A program made the position numbers and the translations under genes. DNA of 64,000 nucleotides from Eledone cirrhosa. Taxonomy: Eukaryota. Under the pieces are notes generated by a model. It was not told the DNA's origin and made no database searches. It saw nothing but the letters and a program-made list of their open reading frames with translations. Of the stretch, positions 1-13,489 are shown piece by piece. The stretch covers positions 247,566,001 to 247,630,000 of the forward strand of contig OZ024743.1 of assembly GCA_964016885.1 (NCBI GenBank), written 5' to 3'. Numbering within the stretch: the stretch's first letter is position 1; every line of letters starts with the position of its first letter.

Positions 1-3000
1 GGCCCGCGATTGAAAAGGTAACTCCGCCGGCAAATCGTCATTTTTGGATTCGTTTTCTTCGAAGCACACCATTCGCCGGCGGACTTTGTTGACGTTTAAC
101 ACGGTTTGGTTCCACAGCCACAACTATTGATTTTACGGAGATATCTTGCTGAAATTCACGCCACACATAGCCAATGAGTGTCTGCACATGTACCAGTAAT
201 TACAGATCGATCCGACCACGGGCGGCCGGCCCGCGATTGAAAAGGTAACTCCGCCGGCAAATCGTCATTTTTGGATTCGTTTTCTTCGAAGCACACCATT
301 CGCCGGCGGACTTTGCTGACGTTTAACACGGTTTGGTTCCACAGCCACAACTATTGATTTTACGGAGATATCTTGCTGAAATTCACGCCACACATAGCCA
401 ATGAGTGTCTGCACATGTACCAGTAATTACAGATCGATCCGACCACGGGCGGCCGGCCCGCGATTGAAAAGGTAACTCCGCCGGCAAATCGTCATTTTTG
501 GATTCGTTTTCTTCGAAGCACACCATTCGCCGGCGGACTTTGTTGACGTTTAACACGGTTTGGTTCCACAGCCACAACTATTGATTTTACGGAGATATCT
601 TGCTGAAATTCACGCCACACATAGCCAATGAGTGTCTGCACATGTACCAGTAATTACAGATCGATCCGACCAGGGGCGGCCGGCCCGCGATTGAAAAGGT
701 AACTCCGCCGGCAAATCGTCATTTTTGGATTCGTTTTCTTCGAAGCACACCATTCGCCGGCGGACTTTGCTGACGTTTAACACGGTTTGGTTCCACAGCC
801 ACAACTATTGATTTTACGGAGATATCTTGCTGAAATTCACGCCACACATAGCCAATGAGTGTCTGCACATGTACCAGTAATTACAGATCGATCCGACCAC
901 GGGCGGCCGGCCCGCGATTGAAAAGGTAACTCCGCCGGCAAATCGTCATTTTTGGATTCGTTTTCTTCGAAGCACACCATTCGCCGGCGGACTTTGCTGA
1001 CGTTTAACACGGTTTGGTTCCACAGCCACAACTATTGATTTTACGGAGATATCTTGCTGAAATTCACGCCACACATAGCCAATGAGTGTCTGCACATGTA
1101 CCAGTAATTACAGATCGATCCGACCACGGGCGGCCGGCCCGCGATTGAAAAGGTAACTCCGCCGGCAAATCGTCATTTTTGGATTCGTTTTCTTCGAAGC
1201 ACACCATTCGCCGGCGGACTTTGTTGACGTTTAACACGGTTTGGTTCCACAGCCACAACTATTGATTTTACGGAGATATCTTGCTGAAATTCACGCCACA
1301 CATAGCCAATGAGTGTCTGCACATGTACCAGTAATTACAGATCGATCCGACCACGGGCGGCCGGCCCGCGATTGAAAAGGTAACTCCGCCGGCAAATCGT
1401 CATTTTTGGATTCGTTTTCTTCGAAGCACACCATTCGCCGGCGGACTTTGCTGACGTTTAACACGGTTTGGTTCCACAGCCACAACTATTGATTTTACGG
1501 AGATATCTTGCTGAAATTCACGCCACACATAGCCAATGAGTGTCTGCACATGTACCAGTAATTACAGATCGATCCGACCACGGGCGGCCGGCCCGCGATT
1601 GAAAAGGTAACTCCGCCGGCAAATCGTCATTTTTGGATTCGTTTTCTTCGAAGCACACCATTCGCCGGCGGACTTTGTTGACGTTTAACACGGTTTGGTT
1701 CCACAGCCACAACTATTGATTTTACGGAGATATCTTGCTGAAATTGACGCCACACATAGCCAATGAGTGTCTGCACATGTACCAGTAATTACAGATCGAT
1801 CCGACCACGGGCGGCCGGCCCGCGATTGAAAAGGTAACTCCGCCGGCAAATCGTCATTTTTGGATTCGTTTTCTTCGAAGCACACCATTCGCCGGCGGAC
1901 TTTGCTGACGTTTAACACGGTTTGGTTCCACAGCCACAACTATTGATTTTACGGAGATATCTTGCTGAAATTGACGCCACACATAGCCAATGAGTGTCTG
2001 CACATGTACCAGTAATTACAGATCGATCCGACCAGGGGCGGCCGGCCCGCGATTGAAAAGGTAACTCCGCCGGCAAATCGCCATTTTTGGATTCGTTTTC
2101 TTCGAAGCACACCATTCGCCGGCGGACTTTGCTGACGTTTAACACGGTTTGGTTCCACAGCCACAACTATTGATTTTACGGAGATATCTTGCTGAAATTG
2201 ACGCCACACATAGCCAATGAGTGTCTGCACATGTACCAGTAATTACAGATCGATCCGACCAGGGGCGGCCGGCCCGCGATTGAAAAGGTAACTCCGCCGG
2301 CAAATCGTCATTTTTGGATTCGTTTTCTTCGAAGCACACCATTCGCCGGCGGACTTTGCTGACGTTTAACACGGTTTGGTTCCACAGCCACAACTATTGA
2401 TTTTACGGAGATATCTTGCTGAAATTCACGCCACACATAGCCAATGAGTGTCTGCACATGTACCAGTAATTACAGATCGATCCGACCACGGGCGGCCGGC
2501 CCGCGATTGAAAAGGTAACTCCGCCGGCAAATCGTCATTTTTGGATTCGTTTTCTTCGAAGCACACCATTCGCCGGCGGACTTTGTTGACGTTTAACACG
2601 GTTTGGTTCCACAGCCACAACTATTGATTTTACGGAGATATCTTGCTGAAATTCACGCCACACATAGCCAATGAGTGTCTGCACATGTACCAGTAATTAC
2701 AGATGGATCCGACCACGGGCGGCCGGCCCGCGATTGAAAAGGTAACTCCGCCGGCAAATCGTCATTTTTGGATTCGTTTTCTTCGAAGCACACCATTCGC
2801 CGGCGGACTTTGCTGACGTTTAACACGGTTTGGTTCCACAGCCACAACTATTGATTTTACGGAGATATCTTGCTGAAATTCACGCCACACATAGCCAATG
2901 AGTGTCTGCACATGTACCAGTAATTACAGATCGATCCGACCACGGGCGGCCGGCCCGCGATTGAAAAGGTAACTCCGCCGGCAAATCGTCATTTTTGGAT

Positions 3001-6000
3001 TCGTTTTCTTCGAAGCACACCATTCGCCGGCGGACTTTGTTGACGTTTAACACGGTTTGGTTCCACAGCCACAACTATTGATTTTACGGAGATATCTTGC
3101 TGAAATTCACGCCACACATAGCCAATGAGTGTCTGCACATGTACCAGTAATTACAGATCGATCCGACCAGGGGCGGCCGGCCCGCGATTGAAAAGGTAAC
3201 TCCGCCGGCAAATCGTCATTTTTGGATTCGTTTTCTTCGAAGCACACCATTCGCCGGCGGACTTTGCTGACGTTTAACACGGTTTGGTTCCACAGCCACA
3301 ACTATTGATTTTACGGAGATATCTTGCTGAAATTCACGCCACACATAGCCAATGAGTGTCTGCACATGTACCAGTAATTACAGATCGATCCGACCACGGG
3401 CGGCCGGCCCGCGATTGAAAAGGTAACTCCGCCGGCAAATCGTCATTTTTGGATTCGTTTTCTTCGAAGCACACCATTCGCCGGCGGACTTTGTTGACGT
3501 TTAACACGGTTTGGTTCCACAGCCACAACTATTGATTTTACGGAGATATCTTGCTGAAATTCACGCCACACATAGCCAATGAGTGTCTGCACATGTACCA
3601 GTAATTACAGATCGATCCGACCACGGGCGGCCGGCCCGCGATTGAAAAGGTAACTCCGCCGGCAAATCGTCATTTTTGGATTCGTTTTCTTCGAAGCACA
3701 CCATTCGCCGGCGGACTTTGCTGACGTTTAACACGGTTTGGTTCCACAGCCACAACTATTGATTTTACGGAGATATCTTGCTGAAATTCACGCCACACAT
3801 AGCCAATGAGTGTCTGCACATGTACCAGTAATTACAGATCGATCCGACCACGGGCGGCCGGCCCGCGATTGAAAAGGTAACTCCGCCGGCAAATCGTCAT
3901 TTTTGGATTCGTTTTCTTCGAAGCACACCATTCGCCGGCGGACTTTGTTGACGTTTAACACGGTTTGGTTCCACAGCCACAACTATTGATTTTACGGAGA
4001 TATCTTGCTGAAATTCACGCCACACATAGCCAATGAGTGTCTGCACATGTACCAGTAATTACAGATCGATCCGACCACGGGCGGCCGGCCCGCGATTGAA
4101 AAGGTAACTCCGCCGGCAAATCGTCATTTTTGGATTCGTTTTCTTCGAAGCACACCATTCGCCGGCGGACTTTGTTGACGTTTAACACGGTTTGGTTCCA
4201 CAGCCACAACTATTGATTTTACGGAGATATCTTGCTGAAATTCACGCCACACATAGCCAATGAGTGTCTGCACATGTACCAGTAATTACAGATCGATCCG
4301 ACCACGGGCGGCCGGCCCGCGATTGAAAAGGTAACTCCGCCGGCAAATCGTCATTTTTGGATTCGTTTTCTTCGAAGCACACCATTCGCCGGCGGACTTT
4401 GCTGACGTTTAACACGGTTTGGTTCCACAGCCACAACTATTGATTTTACGGAGATATCTTGCTGAAATTCACGCCACACATAGCCAATGAGTGTCTGCAC
4501 ATGTACCAGTAATTACAGATCGATCCGACCACGGGCGGCCGGCCCGCGATTGAAAAGGTAACTCCGCCGGCAAATCGTCATTTTTGGATTCGTTTTCTTC
4601 GAAGCACACCATTCGCCGGCGGACTTTGTTGACGTTTAACACGGTTTGGTTCCACAGCCACAACTATTGATTTTACGGAGATATCTTGCTGAAATTCACG
4701 CCACACATAGCCAATGAGTGTCTGCACATGTACCAGTAATTACAGATCGATCCGACCACGGGCGGCCGGCCCGCGATTGAAAAGGTAACTCCGCCGGCAA
4801 ATCGTCATTTTTGGATTCGTTTTCTTCGAAGCACACCATTCGCCGGCGGACTTTGCTGACGTTTAACACGGTTTGGTTCCACAGCCACAACTATTGATTT
4901 TACGGAGATATCTTGCTGAAATTCACGCCACACATAGCCAATGAGTGTCTGCACATGTACCAGTAATTACAGATCGATCCGACCACGGGCGGCCGGCCCG
5001 CGATTGAAAAGGTAACTCCGCCGGCAAATCGTCATTTTTGGATTCGTTTTCTTCGAAGCACACCATTCGCCGGCGGACTTTGTTGACGTTTAACACGGTT
5101 TGGTTCCACAGCCACAACTATTGATTTTACGGAGATATCTTGCTGAAATTCACGCCACACATAGCCAATGAGTGTCTGCACATGTACCAGTAATTACAGA
5201 TCGATCCGACCAGGGGCGGCCGGCCCGCGATTGAAAAGGTAACTCCGCCGGCAAATCGTCATTTTTGGATTCGTTTTCTTCGAAGCACACCATTCGCCGG
5301 CGGACTTTGCTGACGTTTAACACGGTTTGGTTCCACAGCCACAACTATTGATTTTACGGAGATATCTTGCTGAAATTCACGCCACACATAGCCAATGAGT
5401 GTCTGCACATGTACCAGTAATTACAGATCGATCCGACCACGGGCGGCCGGCCCGCGATTGAAAAGGTAACTCCGCCGGCAAATCGTCATTTTTGGATTCG
5501 TTTTCTTCGAAGCACACCATTCGCCGGCGGACTTTGCTGACGTTTAACACGGTTTGGTTCCACAGCCACAACTATTGATTTTACGGAGATATCTTGCTGA
5601 AATTCACGCCACACATAGCCAATGAGTGTCTGCACATGTACCAGTAATTACAGATCGATCCGACCACGGGCGGCCGGCCCGCGATTGAAAAGGTAACTCC
5701 GCCGGCAAATCGTCATTTTTGGATTCGTTTTCTTCGAAGCACACCATTCGCCGGCGGACTTTGTTGACGTTTAACACGGTTTGGTTCCACAGCCACAACT
5801 ATTGATTTTACGGAGATATCTTGCTGAAATTCACGCCACACATAGCCAATGAGTGTCTGCACATGTACCAGTAATTACAGATCGATCCGACCACGGGCGG
5901 CCGGCCCGCGATTGAAAAGGTAACTCCGCCGGCAAATCGTCATTTTTGGATTCGTTTTCTTCGAAGCACACCATTCGCCGGCGGACTTTGCTGACGTTTA

Positions 6001-9000
6001 ACACGGTTTGGTTCCACAGCCACAACTATTGATTTTACGGAGATATCTTGCTGAAATTCACGCCACACATAGCCAATGAGTGTCTGCACATGTACCAGTA
6101 ATTACAGATCGATCCGACCACGGGCGGCCGGCCCGCGATTGAAAAGGTAACTCCGCCGGCAAATCGTCATTTTTGGATTCGTTTTCTTCGAAGCACACCA
6201 TTCGCCGGCGGACTTTGTTGACGTTTAACACGGTTTGGTTCCACAGCCACAACTATTGATTTTACGGAGATATCTTGCTGAAATTGACGCCACACATAGC
6301 CAATGAGTGTCTGCACATGTACCAGTAATTACAGATCGATCCGACCACGGGCGGCCGGCCCGCGATTGAAAAGGTAACTCCGCCGGCAAATCGTCATTTT
6401 TGGATTCGTTTTCTTCGAAGCACACCATTCGCCGGCGGACTTTGCTGACGTTTAACACGGTTTGGTTCCACAGCCACAACTATTGATTTTACGGAGATAT
6501 CTTGCTGAAATTGACGCCACACATAGCCAATGAGTGTCTGCACATGTACCAGTAATTACAGATCGATCCGACCAGGGGCGGCCGGCCCGCGATTGAAAAG
6601 GTAACTCCGCCGGCAAATCGCCATTTTTGGATTCGTTTTCTTCGAAGCACACCATTCGCCGGCGGACTTTGCTGACGTTTAACACGGTTTGGTTCCACAG
6701 CCACAACTATTGATTTTACGGAGATATCTTGCTGAAATTGACGCCACACATAGCCAATGAGTGTCTGCACATGTACCAGTAATTACAGATCGATCCGACC
6801 AGGGGCGGCCGGCCCGCGATTGAAAAGGTAACTCCGCCGGCAAATCGTCATTTTTGGATTCGTTTTCTTCGAAGCACACCATTCGCCGGCGGACTTTGCT
6901 GACGTTTAACACGGTTTGGTTCCACAGCCACAACTATTGATTTTACGGAGATATCTTGCTGAAATTCACGCCACACATAGCCAATGAGTGTCTGCACATG
7001 TACCAGTAATTACAGATCGATCCGACCACGGGCGGCCGGCCCGCGATTGAAAAGGTAACTCCGCCGGCAAATCGTCATTTTTGGATTCGTTTTCTTCGAA
7101 GCACACCATTCGCCGGCGGACTTTGTTGACGTTTAACACGGTTTGGTTCCACAGCCACAACTATTGATTTTACGGAGATATCTTGCTGAAATTCACGCCA
7201 CACATAGCCAATGAGTGTCTGCACATGTACCAGTAATTACAGATGGATCCGACCACGGGCGGCCGGCCCGCGATTGAAAAGGTAACTCCGCCGGCAAATC
7301 GTCATTTTTGGATTCGTTTTCTTCGAAGCACACCATTCGCCGGCGGACTTTGCTGACGTTTAACACGGTTTGGTTCCACAGCCACAACTATTGATTTTAC
7401 GGAGATATCTTGCTGAAATTCACGCCACACATAGCCAATGAGTGTCTGCACATGTACCAGTAATTACAGATCGATCCGACCACGGGCGGCCGGCCCGCGA
7501 TTGAAAAGGTAACTCCGCCGGCAAATCGTCATTTTTGGATTCGTTTTCTTCGAAGCACACCATTCGCCGGCGGACTTTGTTGACGTTTAACACGGTTTGG
7601 TTCCACAGCCACAACTATTGATTTTACGGAGATATCTTGCTGAAATTCACGCCACACATAGCCAATGAGTGTCTGCACATGTACCAGTAATTACAGATCG
7701 ATCCGACCACGGGCGGCCGGCCCGCGATTGAAAAGGTAACTCCGCCGGCAAATCGTCATTTTTGGATTCGTTTTCTTCGAAGCACACCATTCGCCGGCGG
7801 ACTTTGCTGACGTTTAACACGGTTTGGTTCCACAGCCACAACTATTGATTTTACGGAGATATCTTGCTGAAATTCACGCCACACATAGCCAATGAGTGTC
7901 TGCACATGTACCAGTAATTACAGATCGATCCGACCACGGGCGGCCGGCCCGCGATTGAAAAGGTAACTCCGCCGGCAAATCGCCATTTTTGGATTCGTTT
8001 TCTTCGAAGCACACCATTCGCCGGCGGACTTTGCTGACGTTTAACACGGTTTGGTTCCACAGCCACAACTATTGATTTTACGGAGATATCTTGCTGAAAT
8101 TGACGCCACACATAGCCAATGAGTGTCTGCACATGTACCAGTAATTACAGATCGATCCGACCAGGGGCGGCCGGCCCGCGATTGAAAAGGTAACTCCGCC
8201 GGCAAATCGTCATTTTTGGATTCGTTTTCTTCGAAGCACACCATTCGCCGGCGGACTTTGCTGACGTTTAACACGGTTTGGTTCCACAGCCACAACTATT
8301 GATTTTACGGAGATATCTTGCTGAAATTCACGCCACACATAGCCAATGAGTGTCTGCACATGTACCAGTAATTACAGATCGATCCGACCACGGGCGGCCG
8401 GCCCGCGATTGAAAAGGTAACTCCGCCGGCAAATCGTCATTTTTGGATTCGTTTTCTTCGAAGCACACCATTCGCCGGCGGACTTTGCTGACGTTTAACA
8501 CGGTTTGGTTCCACAGCCACAACTATTGATTTTACGGAGATATCTTGCTGAAATTCACGCCACACATAGCCAATGAGTGTCTGCACATGTACCAGTAATT
8601 ACAGATCGATCCGACCACGGGCGGCCGGCCCGCGATTGAAAAGGTAACTCCGCCGGCAAATCGCCATTTTTGGATTCGTTTTCTTCGAAGCACACCATTC
8701 GCCGGCGGACTTTGCTGACGTTTAACACGGTTTGGTTCCACAGCCACAACTATTGATTTTACGGAGATATCTTGCTGAAATTGACGCCACACATAGCCAA
8801 TGAGTGTCTGCACATGTACCAGTAATTACAGATCGATCCGACCAGGGGCGGCCGGCCCGCGATTGAAAAGGTAACTCCGCCGGCAAATCGTCATTTTTGG
8901 ATTCGTTTTCTTCGAAGCACACCATTCGCCGGCGGACTTTGCTGACGTTTAACACGGTTTGGTTCCACAGCCACAACTATTGATTTTACGGAGATATCTT

Positions 9001-12000
9001 GCTGAAATTCACGCCACACATAGCCAATGAGTGTCTGCACATGTACCAGTAATTACAGATCGATCCGACCACGGGCGGCCGGCCCGCGATTGAAAAGGTA
9101 ACTCCGCCGGCAAATCGTCATTTTTGGATTCGTTTTCTTCGAAGCACACCATTCGCCGGCGGACTTTGTTGACGTTTAACACGGTTTGGTTCCACAGCCA
9201 CAACTATTGATTTTACGGAGATATCTTGCTGAAATTCACGCCACACATAGCCAATGAGTGTCTGCACATGTACCAGTAATTACAGATCGATCCGACCACG
9301 GGCGGCCGGCCCGCGATTGAAAAGGTAACTCCGCCGGCAAATCGTCATTTTTGGATTCGTTTTCTTCGAAGCACACCATTCGCCGGCGGACTTTGCTGAC
9401 GTTTAACACGGTTTGGTTCCACAGCCACAACTATTGATTTTACGGAGATATCTTGCTGAAATTGACGCCACACATAGCCAATGAGTGTCTGCACATGTAC
9501 CAGTAATTACAGATCGATCCGACCACGGGCGGCCGGCCCGCGATTGAAAAGGTAACTCCGCCGGCAAATCGTCATTTTTGGATTCGTTTTCTTCGAAGCA
9601 CACCATTCGCCGGCGGACTTTGCTGACGTTTAACACGGTTTGGTTCCACAGCCACAACTATTGATTTTACGGAGATATCTTGCTGAAATTGACGCCACAC
9701 ATAGCCAATGAGTGTCTGCACATGTACCAGTAATTACAGATCGATCCGACCAGGGGCGGCCGGCCCGCGATTGAAAAGGTAACTCCGCCGGCAAATCGCC
9801 ATTTTTGGATTCGTTTTCTTCGAAGCACACCATTCGCCGGCGGACTTTGCTGACGTTTAACACGGTTTGGTTCCACAGCCACAACTATTGATTTTACGGA
9901 GATATCTTGCTGAAATTCACGCCACACATAGCCAATGAGTGTCTGCACATGTACCAGTAATTACAGATCGATCCGACCACGGGCGGCCGGCCCGCGATTG
10001 AAAAGGTAACTCCGCCGGCAAATCGTCATTTTTGGATTCGTTTTCTTCGAAGCACACCATTCGCCGGCGGACTTTGTTGACGTTTAACACGGTTTGGTTC
10101 CACAGCCACAACTATTGATTTTACGGAGATTATCTTGCTGAAATTCACGCCACACATAGCCAATGAGTGTCTGCACATGTACCAGTAATTACAGATCGAT
10201 CCGACCACGGGCGGCCGGCCCGCGATTGAAAAGGTAACTCCGCCGGCAAATCGTCATTTTTGGATTCGTTTTCTTCGAAGCACACCATTCGCCGGCGGAC
10301 TTTGTTGACGTTTAACACGGTTTGGTTCCACAGCCACAACTATTGATTTTACGGAGATATCTTGCTGAAATTCACGCCACACATAGCCAATGAGTGTCTG
10401 CACATGTACCAGTAATTACAGATCGATCCGACCACGGGCGGCCGGCCCGCGATTGAAAAGGTAACTCCGCCGGCAAATCGTCATTTTTGGATTCGTTTTC
10501 TTCGAAGCACACCATTCGCCGGCGGACTTTGTTGACGTTTAACACGGTTTGGTTCCACAGCCACAACTATTGATTTTACGGAGATATCTTGCTGAAATTC
10601 ACGCCACACATAGCCAATGAGTGTCTGCACATGTACCAGTAATTACAGATCGATCCGACCACGGGCGGCCGGCCCGCGATTGAAAAGGTAACTCCGCCGG
10701 CAAATCGTCATTTTTGGATTCGTTTTCTTCGAAGCACACCATTCGCCGGCGGACTTTGTTGACGTTTAACACGGTTTGGTTCCACAGCCACAACTATTGA
10801 TTTTACGGAGATATCTTGCTGAAATTCACGCCACACATAGCCAATGAGTGTCTGCACATGTACCAGTAATTACAGATCGATCCGACCACGGGCGGCCGGC
10901 CCGCGATTGAAAAGGTAACTCCGCCGGCAAATCGTCATTTTTGGATTCGTTTTCTTCGAAGCACACCATTCGCCGGCGGACTTTGTTGACGTTTAACACG
11001 GTTTGGTTCCACAGCCACAACTATTGATTTTACGGAGATATCTTGCTGAAATTCACGCCACACATAGCCAATGAGTGTCTGCACATGTACCAGTAATTAC
11101 AGATCGATCCGACCACGGGCGGCCGGCCCGCGATTGAAAAGGTAACTCCGCCGGCAAATCGTCATTTTTGGATTCGTTTTCTTCGAAGCACACCATTCGC
11201 CGGCGGACTTTGTTGACGTTTAACACGGTTTGGTTCCACAGCCACAACTATTGATTTTACGGAGATATCTTGCTGAAATTCACGCCACACATAGCCAATG
11301 AGTGTCTGCACATGTACCAGTAATTACAGATCGATCCGACCACGGGCGGCCGGCCCGCGATTGAAAAGGTAACTCCGCCGGCAAATCGTCATTTTTGGAT
11401 TCGTTTTCTTCGAAGCACACCATTCGCCGGCGGACTTTGTTGACGTTTAACACGGTTTGGTTCCACAGCCACAACTATTGATTTTACGGAGATATCTTGC
11501 TGAAATTCACGCCACACATAGCCAATGAGTGTCTGCACATGTACCAGTAATTACAGATCGATCCGACCACGGGCGGCCGGCCCGCGATTGAAAAGGTAAC
11601 TCCGCCGGCAAATCGTCATTTTTGGATTCGTTTTCTTCGAAGCACACCATTCGCCGGCGGACTTTGTTGACGTTTAACACGGTTTGGTTCCACAGCCACA
11701 ACTATTGATTTTACGGAGATATCTTGCTGAAATTCACGCCACACATAGCCAATGAGTGTCTGCACATGTACCAGTAATTACAGATCGATCCGACCACGGG
11801 CGGCCGGCCCGCGATTGAAAAGGTAACTCCGCCGGCAAATCGTCATTTTTGGATTCGTTTTCTTCGAAGCACACCATTCGCCGGCGGACTTTGTTGACGT
11901 TTAACACGGTTTGGTTCCACAGCCACAACTATTGATTTTACGGAGATATCTTGCTGAAATTCACGCCACACATAGCCAATGAGTGTCTGCACATGTACCA

Positions 12001-12396
12001 GTAATTACAGATCGATCCGACCACGGGCGGCCGGCCCGCGATTGAAAAGGTAACTCCGCCGGCAAATCGTCATTTTTGGATTCGTTTTCTTCGAAGCACA
12101 CCATTCGCCGGCGGACTTTGTTGACGTTTAACACGGTTTGGTTCCACAGCCACAACTATTGATTTTACGGAGATATCTTGCTGAAATTCACGCCACACAT
12201 AGCCAATGAGTGTCTGCACATGTACCAGTAATTACAGATCGATCCGACCACGGGCGGCCGGCCCGCGATTGAAAAGGTAACTCCGCCGGCAAATCGTCAT
12301 TTTTGGATTCGTTTTCTTCGAAGCACACCATTCGCCGGCGGACTTTGTTGACGTTTAACACGGTTTGGTTCCACAGCCACAACTATTGATTTTACG
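1..12396. repeat. 227-bp tandem satellite array (~54.6 monomers in window, continues to the left)
   Basis: Same unit recurs every 227 bp (ORF track repeats at 156, 383, 610...). I found only five recurrent substitution sites and one 1-bp insertion (~10130). About 19 CpG per monomer. The array stops abruptly at ...gattttacg|ttgaaaaa (12396). Confidence 0.98.
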
Positions 12397-13489
12397 TTGA
12401 AAAAATAATGAGATTGAGGTAGATTTATGTGTCATATATATGTCAAGATGACCTTAGGTATTTCCATCAATAATGCAAAAAAAGTTTATTTACAAACCGA
12501 TAATTGTTGTTCCTGACAACACTTTTGTTTACAAACTAGAGCAAACATACTCAATGCAATAGTCTTTTTGTTTCTTTGTGAATTTATAGATTATTTTATT
12601 TATAAAACAGACTCACTGCTCAATTTACCTTCTGGTGGTGTAATTTTACAAGATTCTTTTATTATGCAAATTACAGATTCTTTTAATCTGTATTCTTTTT
12701 GTTTTCTTTTAATAAATTACTGGTAAAAACCTGTTACAAAGTTGCCAGTAAAAACATTTGTTAATCATGTATGTACCTTCATAAATTGTTCAAATAATGT
12801 TTAGATTGACTTTCTTGGTGAAGATTAATAAGTTTGAATACTGCTGAACAATACCATTTATTTTAAATATTTTGTTTCATATAAGTATATTCGTTGATTA
12901 AAAAAGCAGGAATTTTAAATGCAAGTTTTTCAACATATTAGTTGCCTAGATTATAAACCAGTGTTTCAAACTTCTCGGCAGATCTGTTTTGCGTGAGAAG
13001 GGTTGCAGATGTCATAGTGATACTGCCACCAGATATGATGGTTAGTTGTGATATAAGCGGGCTCCTGCCAGACAAATAAGCAAACCTAGACCAACAGTGG
13101 TAAATTACTAGGGAAGATGGAGCAATGGGTGACACTGTTAACTCCTAAGAAAACTCTCACAACCCAGTGGTGTACCTACAATAAGTCAAGTAATGGCTGC
13201 CTCCAAAAAATCCCAGTCTTCGCGGAAAAAGTACCAGATTGGTGACTGGCATGAATAAGACAACCAAAACTGCAAATTTGTGAGAGGTAACAAAAAGAAT
13301 CATTTCATAGTATGCTTCATATGGGGTAACAAAGGATGCTTTCAGGCCTGCTTGAAAAATATATTACAGTTTCCATATCTAATGCTGTAAGGACTGACAA
13401 TGGGCCTGTGACCTGTCCTGTGAGGCATGGGATGGAAGCACAAAGGTTACATGTCCTAAGACCCTAGAGAGGGTTTGGAGGGAACAAAC

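Noticed and set aside
156-12382. Dozens of 60-93 aa minus-strand ORFs (MWLWNQTV...)
   Set aside because: By-products of the 227-bp repeat: non-ATG starts for most, no recognisable domain, and variants shift the stop freely.
1-12396. Array as CRISPR, 5S rDNA, tRNA array or retrozyme/HDV ribozyme
   Set aside because: No unique spacers, no 5S or tRNA A/B-box structure, and no CTGANGA...GAAA core on either strand (closest is ATGACGA without GAAA). GGCCGGC...GCCGGC lacks HDV P1.1/P3 elements.
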